64,000 bases of DNA, from the NCBI RefSeq assembly GCF_947500985.1, contig NZ_CANMTX010000008.1:59669-123668 (forward strand), written 5' to 3'. Both the position numbers and the translations under genes were made by a program. A model generated the notes under the pieces. It was not told where the DNA came from. It made no database searches and saw only the letters and a program-made list of their open reading frames with translations. Each line of letters opens with the position of its first letter. The first letter of the stretch is position 1. The stretch comes from an uncultured Maribacter sp. Lineage in GTDB: Bacteria; Bacteroidota; Bacteroidia; Flavobacteriales; Flavobacteriaceae. Positions 27,113 through 35,398 of this stretch are shown one piece after another.

Positions 27113-29197
27113 ATGAAAAAATTAAAGTACATCATGGTATCGGTATTTGCAGTAATGATGAGCTGTGATGGTGATGACATTGATATTCCAGAATCGGTTA
27201 CGCCTTCTAATCTTACAGTTAGTGCTCAAAATATGGGCGAAGGTGTATTTGACTTTTCAGCATCTGCAACGAATGCTAATTATTATCATTATGATTTTGG
27301 TGATGGTACCACTGCTTTAGAAACTTCTGGGGCAACTTCTAAAACCTATGAAGAAATAGGTGATAATATGTATACCGTTACCGTTACCGCAGGTTCTACT
27401 GAAGGTAAAAAGATTTCTGAGACTATAGATGTTTCTGTTTCATTAGCATTTACCGACACTGAAACGGTGACTTTCTTAACGAATGACAGTTCAAAAACAT
27501 GGTTTTTGGCAGCATCTCAACAGGGTCATCTAGGACTAGGACCTGCAAGGGAAGGAATTGATGGAGATTGGTGGTACCCTAAATGGTTTTCTGCTTCTGC
27601 ATTTGAAAAATGTGGAACGGAAGATTCTGATTGTCTTTGTGATGATGAGCTTACTTTTTCAGTAAATGAAAATGGAGGTTTAGTTTACACTTTAGATAAT
27701 AAGGGTCAAACTTATTTTAACGTTGGTCATAAAGCCGTTGTAGGTGGTGGAGAAGATATTGATTTTTGTTATGATTTTGATACTTCGGGCGAAAAAGCAG
27801 TTCAACTTTCTGAAGTAGAGGGTAATGTTCCAGAGGGTGAGACAACCGGAATACAAATGACATTTTCTGATGGAGGTTTCATGGGATACTATGTAGGTTC
27901 TTCTGTTTATGAAATACTATCTATTAGTGATGATTTCTTATATGTAAGAACGTACGATACTGAGAATGCAGATTTAGCATGGTACCATAAATTTACTTCA
28001 GATGTTGCTGTTGATGGTGGTGAAGAAAGTCTTGAGACCATTTATACCAATTTAGTTTGGTCAGATGAGTTTGATGTTGATGGTGCACCAAACGCTGCTA
28101 ATTGGGGTTATGACCTTGGCGCAGGTGGCTGGGGTAATGGTGAGGCTCAAACTTATACAGATGCAGCTGAAAACGTAAAAGTTGAAGACGGTGTTTTAAA
28201 AATCACTGCTATAGCTGGTGAGGGCGAAGCAGCTGTTCACTATTTTGACGAAATGACTTTGAGTGATGGAAGTGGCGGTACGCAAACTTTAGAAGATTTT
28301 GAAGGTGCAGCTCCTGTTTTTACTGGATTTGGAGGTGTTGGAACTGCAGTAATTGCAAATCCGGATCCTACGGGAGAGAATACTAGTGCTAATGTGGCAG
28401 AATCTACTAAAACTTTAGGTGCTGAAACATGGGCAGGTTCTTTCTTTGATTTGTCTGCACCGGTTGATCTTGTTGCTTACCCTAATATTAGTTTAAAAAC
28501 ATGGTCGCCTGCTACTGGAGCCAATATAATTTTGAAACTTGAAAATCAAGCTAATGCTGATGAGAATGTTGAGGTAAGTGTTAATTCAACTGTTGCTAAT
28601 GCTTGGGAAACACTAAACTTTGATTTCACTGGTGTTCCAGTTGGTACTTATGACCGAGTTGTGTTGTTTTTTGATTTTGGTGTTTCTCCTTCTGGCGGAA
28701 TTACTTCAGGTCGTATTAAATCTGAAAACTTATACGAGTTTACTTATGGTAGAGTTGAGATAAGAGCTAAGCTTCCATCTGCCGGAGGTACTTGGCCTGC
28801 ATTATGGGCTTTAGGTGCTAATTTTGATGAAGTTGGTTGGCCTACAGCTGGAGAGATAGATATTATGGAACATGTTGGCAATAATAACAATACCATTAGT
28901 AGTGCATTACATTATCCTGGTAATTCTGCAGGTAATGCTATAGTGGGATCTACACCAGTTGAAAATGCAACTTCTGAGTTTCATAATTATACTGTAGAGT
29001 GGACACCTGATAGCATTAAGTTTGTTGTAGATGATCAGTTAGTTCATAACAGTTTTGTGAACAACGCTACAACACCATTTAACGCCGATTTCTTTTTGAT
29101 AATGAATGTCGCTATGGGTGGTACATTAGGTGGTAGTATCGATGCGGAATTTATAGAAGATACAATGGAGGTTGATTATGTGAGAGTGTATCAATAA
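27113..29197 (+). CDS. Lipoprotein GH16 (laminarinase-like) with PKD domain and an inserted module
   Basis: Lipoprotein signal ending MMSC; YDFGDG PKD motif; LVWSDEFD, WPALWALG and catalytic GEIDIMEH (E-x-D-x-x-E) motifs. Confidence 0.88.
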   Translation: MKKLKYIMVSVFAVMMSCDGDDIDIPESVTPSNLTVSAQNMGEGVFDFSASATNANYYHYDFGDGTTALETSGATSKTYEEIGDNMYTVTVTAGSTEGKKISETIDVSVSLAFTDTETVTFLTNDSSKTWFLAASQQGHLGLGPAREGIDGDWWYPKWFSASAFEKCGTEDSDCLCDDELTFSVNENGGLVYTLDNKGQTYFNVGHKAVVGGGEDIDFCYDFDTSGEKAVQLSEVEGNVPEGETTGIQMTFSDGGFMGYYVGSSVYEILSISDDFLYVRTYDTENADLAWYHKFTSDVAVDGGEESLETIYTNLVWSDEFDVDGAPNAANWGYDLGAGGWGNGEAQTYTDAAENVKVEDGVLKITAIAGEGEAAVHYFDEMTLSDGSGGTQTLEDFEGAAPVFTGFGGVGTAVIANPDPTGENTSANVAESTKTLGAETWAGSFFDLSAPVDLVAYPNISLKTWSPATGANIILKLENQANADENVEVSVNSTVANAWETLNFDFTGVPVGTYDRVVLFFDFGVSPSGGITSGRIKSENLYEFTYGRVEIRAKLPSAGGTWPALWALGANFDEVGWPTAGEIDIMEHVGNNNNTISSALHYPGNSAGNAIVGSTPVENATSEFHNYTVEWTPDSIKFVVDDQLVHNSFVNNATTPFNADFFLIMNVAMGGTLGGSIDAEFIEDTMEVDYVRVYQ

Positions 29198-29219
29198 TAG
29201 AAGTTTATTTTAAATTTTT

Positions 29220-29255
29220 AAAAGGCTATCGAAAATATTTTCGATAGCCTTTTTT
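29220..29255 (+). terminator. Intrinsic terminator after GH16
   Basis: Perfect palindrome AAAAGGCTATCGAAAATATTTTCGATAGCCTTTT plus T run. Confidence 0.85.
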
Positions 29256-29348
29256 ATTTTATGTTTTAAAATTAATGAGTGTTATTGCTTCATATTATTT
29301 TACTCTGACACATATGAAATGATCTTGTGTTAGTAAAATGCTGAAATG

Positions 29349-29378
29349 AAAAAAGCCCCTTTTGCAAGAGGCTTTTTT
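29349..29378 (-). terminator. Intrinsic terminator for the minus-strand small-ORF transcript
   Basis: AAAAAAGCCCCTT/AAGAGGCTTTTTT; the single mismatch is a U-G wobble only on the minus strand. Confidence 0.75.
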
Positions 29379-29418
29379 ATAAAGTAATTTTTTTCAATAA
29401 GGGTTTGGTTTTAAAAGA

Positions 29419-29541
29419 TTAGACAATCCCTAGAAGGGCTAAAAAAGCTCCTACTACGACTACAGCTAAAAATGCATGCATTGCAATTACGAGCACGGAT
29501 AGATAAGTTTCTACTCCGGTTTTAAATGATAAATTGTTCAT
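29419..29541 (-). CDS. 40-aa membrane peptide MNNLSFKTGVETYLSVLVIAMHAFLAVVVVGAFLALLGIV (not in ORF track)
   Basis: Translated by hand; long hydrophobic helix; terminator 40 bp downstream. Confidence 0.65.
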   Translation of the reverse strand: MNNLSFKTGVETYLSVLVIAMHAFLAVVVVGAFLALLGIV

Positions 29542-29768
29542 AACATTACCTACTTTAAAGTTACATTACTAAAGTTAGCTGAATTAAGCAACAATTCCAT
29601 ATAAAATGTTGTAAAACTCTCATAATTAGCTGTATAATCCTACTTTTTAGTGGTTTAAGGTTTTTGAAATGTGCATTTCAACCTTGAAAAAGGTATCTTG
29701 TCGATATCTGAAATACAACACTCTATAAACTTTCACTACATATTGTAGCATTTGTCGGTAATGTTATG
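29539..29768. repeat. Perfect 12-bp inverted repeat CATAACATTACC (29539-29550) / GGTAATGTTATG (29757-29768)
   Basis: Read directly; arms 206 bp apart; one arm covers the 40-aa ORF start codon. Confidence 0.8.
29701..29727. promoter_or_regulatory. Bipartite motif TCGATA-N15-TCTATA (second exact copy)
   Basis: TCGATA 29701-06 and TCTATA 29722-27; same hexamers and spacing as 14532-14558. Confidence 0.55.
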
Positions 29769-29775
29769 GTAACAT

Positions 29776-29913
29776 CTATTTAATTAGATTCAACCAATCT
29801 GCTACACCTGCCAAGGGTACTGATAATAGTATTATTACTAAGCAGGTAATCATTAATTTAAGAAATCCGTTGAGTATTTTAACTCCTGAAGTTAGTTCTT
29901 GTTCCATAATCAT
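29776..29913 (-). CDS. 45-aa membrane peptide MIMEQELTSGVKILNGFLKLMITCLVIILLSVPLAGVADWLNLIK (not in ORF track; alternative start 29907)
   Basis: Translated by hand; one hydrophobic helix; same orientation and similar layout as the 40-aa ORF. Confidence 0.6.
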   Translation of the reverse strand: MIMEQELTSGVKILNGFLKLMITCLVIILLSVPLAGVADWLNLIK

Positions 29914-30088
29914 TGTTCTATTGTTCTGCTTTCAATATGGTAGATCTAACCTAAAGTGCTGTTAAATAGGAGGGTAAAATCGATTAACGTATAGAAAGTA
30001 TCTGTATAAAGTATGTTTTCTATACAATAACTAGTAGTTATGAAAATGGTTTACTAAATAATATAGGGGGTAGTTAATTGAATATAAT

Positions 30089-31336
30089 TTAATTATTCGA
30101 TGTTAAAACTGCATTTAATTTAGAAACAATACGTTCGGTGGCACCAGCTTTTTCTTTGATGTAGCCTGTGTTTATACGACTGGTTTTTGACCTGTAGTTA
30201 TTATCTTCAAAGCACTTATCTGCATGCTCTTGAAATTCATTATCGTTCTTTATAGAAATGACACCTCCTAGTTGTACCAATTCTTCTGCCTCGGCAAATC
30301 CATCATACTGTGGACCTATAATAACCGGGATACCGAAGACAGCTGGTTCTAATGTATTGTGTAATCCTGTAGCAAAACCGCCACCTACATATGCGATGTT
30401 GGCATAGTTATATACTTTGGTCAAAATACCTATGGTGTCAATAACGATTACATCATATTCAGCTAAAGGTGCATTCTCCATTTCTGTATAGCGTATTACT
30501 TTTTTGTCAATAGCTGCTATAATCTCTTCAATATGATTGTCTTTAATGGTGTGCGGAGCTATAACAAACTTGATTGGGTGTATGTTGTTATTAATGTAAT
30601 TTATGATGATTTTTTCGTCTTCTGCCCATGTGCTTCCCGCTACAAAGCAGTACTTATCATTTTTAAAGTGGATCATGAAATCTAATTCGTTGTCACGTTC
30701 TACTATTTCACTTACTCTATCAAAACGAGTATCCCCGGCAATGGTTACATTAGTGTATCCAACGGAATTTAATAATGATTTCGATTTTTCGTTTTGCACA
30801 AAAAAGTGCGAGAAGTTATTTAATGCGTTACGCATAAAACCACCATACCACTTAAAATAAATTTGATTGTCTTTAAATAATGCTGAAATTAAATAGGTTG
30901 GAGTATCAGCTTTTTTTAAGGCATTTAAGTAATTAGGCCATATTTCATACTTTATAAAGATGGCAATATCTGGGTGTGCGGCTGTCAAAAAGGACTTTAC
31001 TTTCTGCTTTGTATCCATTGGTAGGTAGCAAATAACATCAGCTATTTTGCTATTCTTTTTTACTTCGTATCCTGAAGGAGAAAAAAAAGTAATTACTATT
31101 TTATGTTTAGGATGATGAATTTTTAATTGTTCAATAACAGGTAGTCCTTGTTCGTACTCGCCTAAAGATGCTGCATGAATCCAAATAACGCTGTCGTCTT
31201 TTGAGATAGACTGCTTAATTAACGAAATAGTTTCTTTTCTGCCCTTTACAAATAGCGATAGTTTTGAATTCACCAATGCCAATACCTTTAAAATGGCAGA
31301 TGCGCTTATGACAAGAAGATTATAGAGAAAGTTCAA
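30089..31336 (-). CDS. waaA: 3-deoxy-D-manno-octulosonic acid (Kdo) transferase
   Basis: WIHAASLGE, ITFFSPSG, GDTRFDRV, VAGSTW and GLHNTLEPA motifs. Confidence 0.93.
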   Translation of the reverse strand: MNFLYNLLVISASAILKVLALVNSKLSLFVKGRKETISLIKQSISKDDSVIWIHAASLGEYEQGLPVIEQLKIHHPKHKIVITFFSPSGYEVKKNSKIADVICYLPMDTKQKVKSFLTAAHPDIAIFIKYEIWPNYLNALKKADTPTYLISALFKDNQIYFKWYGGFMRNALNNFSHFFVQNEKSKSLLNSVGYTNVTIAGDTRFDRVSEIVERDNELDFMIHFKNDKYCFVAGSTWAEDEKIIINYINNNIHPIKFVIAPHTIKDNHIEEIIAAIDKKVIRYTEMENAPLAEYDVIVIDTIGILTKVYNYANIAYVGGGFATGLHNTLEPAVFGIPVIIGPQYDGFAEAEELVQLGGVISIKNDNEFQEHADKCFEDNNYRSKTSRINTGYIKEKAGATERIVSKLNAVLTSNN

Positions 31337-31425
31337 ACAGATGCTTTTAAGCTAAATTACGTTTCTTCCATAAAATTAGTGTCGTCTGTTTCGTATTTTT
31401 GTACGACTTCATGTAATTACAACAG

Positions 31426-32580
31426 ATGAAAAAGATACAAATGGTAGACCTAGGTGGTCAATACCAAGAAATTAAAGATCAAGTAAATACTTCTATAACT
31501 CAAATTTTAGAAACGTCGGCATTTATAAACGGACCGGAGGTTCATGCTTTTCAGAAGGAGCTAGAAGATTACCTTCAGGTCAAGCATGTTATACCATGTG
31601 CCAATGGCACCGATGCTTTGCAAATAGCAATGATGGGTTTAGGTTTGAAACCTGGTGATGAGGTTATTACAGCAGATTTTACTTTTGCTGCAACAGTTGA
31701 GGTCATTGCATTGTTACAGCTGACTCCGGTTTTGGTAGATGTTTATCCAGATACGTTCAATATCAATATAGAAGCTATAGAAAAAGCAATAACGCCAAAA
31801 ACGAAAGCTATTGTTCCCGTTCATCTTTTTGGTCAATGTGCTAATATGGATGCTATACTTGAGTTGGCAAAAAAACATGATTTATTCGTTATTGAAGATA
31901 ATGCTCAGGCAATTGGAGCTAAATATCTTTCAAAAGATGGTGCAAAGCACATGGCAGGTAGTATGGGTAATGTAGGTGCAACATCTTTTTTTCCTTCTAA
32001 AAATTTAGGTTGTTATGGTGATGGTGGAGCAATTTTCACCAATGATGATGAATTAGCTCATACCTTACGTGGCATTGTTAATCATGGTATGTACGAACGT
32101 TACCATCATGATGTAGTTGGTGTTAATTCAAGATTAGATTCTATACAGGCCGCAGTGTTGAGAGCTAAATTACCTAAGCTAGATGGTTATTGCGATGCAA
32201 GAAGAAATGCCGCTCGTGCGTATTCAAAAGCATTTGAGGGTCAAGAACATATTATTACGCCAGTAACGGTAAATAATTGTGAGGGAATTTGCGATGTGTG
32301 TGATTGTCATGTTTTTCATCAATATACTTTGAGAATTACAAATGGTAAAAGAGATGAATTAGGGCAATTTTTAGCTAAAAATGAAGTTCCTTTTGGTGTC
32401 TACTACCCAATTCCGTTACATAAGCAGAAAGCTTATCTAGATGATCGATATAAGGAAGAAGATTTTCCTGTGACGAACCAGTTGGTAACAGAAGTAATGT
32501 CTTTGCCTATGCATACAGAATTAGATGAAGAACAGATTAACTACATAACTGAGTTAATTATCGGATTTGTAAACGGGTAG
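31426..32580 (+). CDS. DegT/DnrJ/EryC1/StrS family aminotransferase
   Basis: CANGTDALQIA, IEDNAQAIG, SFFPSKNLGCYGDGG; TATTTTTG promoter element at 31394-31401. Confidence 0.93.
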   Translation: MKKIQMVDLGGQYQEIKDQVNTSITQILETSAFINGPEVHAFQKELEDYLQVKHVIPCANGTDALQIAMMGLGLKPGDEVITADFTFAATVEVIALLQLTPVLVDVYPDTFNINIEAIEKAITPKTKAIVPVHLFGQCANMDAILELAKKHDLFVIEDNAQAIGAKYLSKDGAKHMAGSMGNVGATSFFPSKNLGCYGDGGAIFTNDDELAHTLRGIVNHGMYERYHHDVVGVNSRLDSIQAAVLRAKLPKLDGYCDARRNAARAYSKAFEGQEHIITPVTVNNCEGICDVCDCHVFHQYTLRITNGKRDELGQFLAKNEVPFGVYYPIPLHKQKAYLDDRYKEEDFPVTNQLVTEVMSLPMHTELDEEQINYITELIIGFVNG

Positions 32581-32624
32581 TGGTGTAGTTTTTTAAATTT
32601 GATAACGTTCAAACAGCATTATAA

Positions 32625-33641
32625 ATGAAAGTATTAGTAACAGGCGGATTAGGTTTTATTGGTTCTCACACAGTAGTGGAGCTTCAAAACAAAGGGTTCG
32701 AAGTGGTCATTATAGATGATTGCTCTAACTCTGATGAAAATGTACTTTATGGTATTAAAGCTATCACAGGTAAAAAGCCGCTTTTTGAAAAGCTAGATTT
32801 AAAAGAAAAACATAAGGTTGAAGACTTTTTTCAACGTTATCAAGATGTTGCTGGCGTTATACATTTTGCTGCCTCTAAAGCAGTAGGCGAAAGTGTTGAG
32901 AAACCATTGTTGTATTATGAAAACAATATTGGTACGTTAGTTTACATATTAAAAGAACTTTGTAGAAAGAACAAGGCTAGTTTTATTTTTAGCTCTTCTT
33001 GTACTGTTTATGGTCAGGCAGATAAAATGCCAATTACAGAAGACGCTCCTGTTAAGGTTGCAGAATCGCCATATGGTAATACCAAGCAAATGGGCGAAGA
33101 GATTATTGCAGATACTTGCAAAGTAACGCCAAGCTTAAATGCGATTGCATTGCGTTATTTTAACCCTATGGGTGCACACCCAAGTGGAGAGATTGGTGAA
33201 TTACCAATAGGTGTTCCTCAAAACTTAGTACCTTTTATTACGCAAACTGGTATTGGATTAAGGGATCAGTTATCCGTTTTTGGAGATGATTACCCTACTC
33301 CAGATGGTACATGTATTAGAGATTATATTTATGTGGTAGATTTGGCTAAAGCCCATGTTGTTGCATTAGAACGTTTGATGAACGGAAAAAACGAATCTAA
33401 TTTTGAAGTTTTTAATGTTGGTACCGGAACTGGTAGTTCGGTATTAGAGGCGATAAAAAGTTTTGAAAAAGTTTCTGGACGAAAATTGAACTATAAAATA
33501 GTTGATAGAAGACCAGGTGATATTACCAGTGCTTATGCAGATACCACTAAAGCAAATAAAGTTTTAGGATGGAAAGCAGAATATACTTTAGAGGAAGCTA
33601 TGAATTATGCGTGGATCTGGGAACAGAAAATACGTGACTGA
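32625..33641 (+). CDS. galE: UDP-glucose 4-epimerase
   Basis: GGLGFIGSH, HFAASKAVGES, YGNTK, LRYFNPMG and DGTCIRDYI motifs. Confidence 0.95.
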   Translation: MKVLVTGGLGFIGSHTVVELQNKGFEVVIIDDCSNSDENVLYGIKAITGKKPLFEKLDLKEKHKVEDFFQRYQDVAGVIHFAASKAVGESVEKPLLYYENNIGTLVYILKELCRKNKASFIFSSSCTVYGQADKMPITEDAPVKVAESPYGNTKQMGEEIIADTCKVTPSLNAIALRYFNPMGAHPSGEIGELPIGVPQNLVPFITQTGIGLRDQLSVFGDDYPTPDGTCIRDYIYVVDLAKAHVVALERLMNGKNESNFEVFNVGTGTGSSVLEAIKSFEKVSGRKLNYKIVDRRPGDITSAYADTTKANKVLGWKAEYTLEEAMNYAWIWEQKIRD

Positions 33642-33662
33642 TTTTTTCAGGTTTAACAATAT

Positions 33663-33698
33663 AAATAAGGGGAAATATGGCTATATTTCCCCTTATTT
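33663..33698. terminator. Perfect 16-bp-stem hairpin, probable terminator
   Basis: AAATAAGGGGAAATAT-ggct-ATATTTCCCCTTATTT. Confidence 0.7.
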
Positions 33699-33717
33699 AA
33701 TTTAAAGACCACCTCTT

Positions 33718-34989
33718 ATGAAAAAAACATTATTTCTTTTAGTTTTACTGGTATTTACAGGCGTAACTGCACAAGACTCATATCTTCAATGCGGTAAAAT
33801 TGTAGATGTTGAATCGGGTAAAATCTTGTCTGAGAAAACAATTGTTATTTCAGGTAACAAGATTATAGAAATTAAAAATGGTTATGTAGCTGGCGGTGAT
33901 CAAGATCAGGTGGTAGATTTAAAGTCTAAGACTATTTTACCAGGTTTTATAGATATGCATGTGCACATTGAAAGTGAGTCTAGTCCGTCAAGATATTTAG
34001 AGGCTTTTACCATGAATGAAGCTGATGTCGCATTTGAATCTACCGTATATGCCAAAAGAACATTAATGGCCGGTTTTACAACCGTACGTGATTTAGGTGG
34101 GTCAGGAGTAAATATTGCCTTGAAGAATGCAATTAACAAAGGTACTGTTGTTGGTCCACGTATTTTTACAGCAGGTAAAGCACTTGCTACCACGGGTGGT
34201 CATGCAGATCCTACTAACGGTAGAAGTAATGAATTAATGGGTGATCCGGGACCAAAAGAAGGTGTAGTCAATTCACCCGCAGATGGCAGAAAAGCGGTTC
34301 GCCAACGTTATAAAGATGGTGCAGATGTAATTAAGATAACTGCAACTGGTGGTGTTTTAAGTGTTGCTAAAAACGGTCAGAACCCTCAGTTTACTATTGA
34401 AGAAATAAAAGCAATTACAGAAACAGCTAAAGATTACGGTATGCTTACAGCTGCTCATGCACATGGTGATGAAGGTATGCAAAGAGCAATTTTAGGAGGA
34501 ATTAAAACTATTGAGCATGGTACATTGATGTCAGAGGAAACGATGGAATTAATGATTAAGCATAATACCTATATGGTACCTACGATATCTGCAGGTCAAG
34601 AAGCGGCTAGGTTGGCAAAAATACCAAACTACTTACCACCTGTTGTAGCTAAGAAAGCTTTGGAGATTGGTCCTAAATTGAATGCAACTTTTGCAAAGGC
34701 GTATAAAAAAGGGGTGAGCATCGCTTTTGGTACCGATTCTGGTGTGTCGCCTCATGGAGATAATGCTAAAGAATTTCTCTACATGAACAAAGCAGGTATG
34801 CCTATCATAGAAGCGTTACGTTCAGCTACAATTACAAATGCAATGCTTTTAGGCGAAAAAGAATTAGGTCAAATCAAAGAAGGTTATTTAGCCGATATAG
34901 TTGCTGTAAATGAAAACCCGTTAGATAATGTAGAAACATTAACGGATGTAGTTTTTGTTATGAAAGAGGGTGTTGTGTATAAGCAATAA
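33718..34989 (+). CDS. Secreted amidohydrolase family protein
   Basis: Signal peptide ending TAQ; PGFIDMHVH, GFTTVRDLG, AAHAHG, IEHG and AFGTDSG motifs. Confidence 0.9.
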   Translation: MKKTLFLLVLLVFTGVTAQDSYLQCGKIVDVESGKILSEKTIVISGNKIIEIKNGYVAGGDQDQVVDLKSKTILPGFIDMHVHIESESSPSRYLEAFTMNEADVAFESTVYAKRTLMAGFTTVRDLGGSGVNIALKNAINKGTVVGPRIFTAGKALATTGGHADPTNGRSNELMGDPGPKEGVVNSPADGRKAVRQRYKDGADVIKITATGGVLSVAKNGQNPQFTIEEIKAITETAKDYGMLTAAHAHGDEGMQRAILGGIKTIEHGTLMSEETMELMIKHNTYMVPTISAGQEAARLAKIPNYLPPVVAKKALEIGPKLNATFAKAYKKGVSIAFGTDSGVSPHGDNAKEFLYMNKAGMPIIEALRSATITNAMLLGEKELGQIKEGYLADIVAVNENPLDNVETLTDVVFVMKEGVVYKQ

Positions 34990-35037
34990 TCTTTTAGATT
35001 ACTTTCTGTTTGATGGAGTAAAGAATGTAGGTGTGAC

Positions 35038-35391
35038 ATGAAGTTAAATGTTGATAATAGTGAGCAATTAATGCAGGTTGCTATTGGTGATTCTCTTTTT
35101 GATAAATTGAAGCATCAGGTGGAGAAGGATTTTGTTCTTGCCAACATACCCCTGCAAATAACTGAACCATTAGGTCAATCTGAGTTTATAGCGCTTATTC
35201 GTGAGAAGGTGTATTACTTAATGATGGAGCATTTTGCTGAATATCTAAACTTAATGTACATCATAGATATTCCAGAAAGTGCATTTCATAATATTGAAAT
35301 TACCGATACTGTAGATGTGGCAGATCAGGTCACATTATTGATTTTAAAGCGGGAGTATAAAAAGGTGTGGTATCGTAATCGATATCAATAA
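35038..35391 (+). CDS. Conserved hypothetical protein
   Basis: 117-aa ORF; YLNLMYIIDIPE and LILKREYKKV resemble a conserved Flavobacterial protein. Confidence 0.7.
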   Translation: MKLNVDNSEQLMQVAIGDSLFDKLKHQVEKDFVLANIPLQITEPLGQSEFIALIREKVYYLMMEHFAEYLNLMYIIDIPESAFHNIEITDTVDVADQVTLLILKREYKKVWYRNRYQ

Positions 35392-35398
35392 TGTTACT

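Noticed and set aside
29736-29748. Palindrome CTACA-TAT-TGTAG as a BlaI operator
   Set aside because: The spacer is 3 bp rather than 2 and the AGA flank is missing; a link to the CACTACA-type LuxR motif is possible but unsupported
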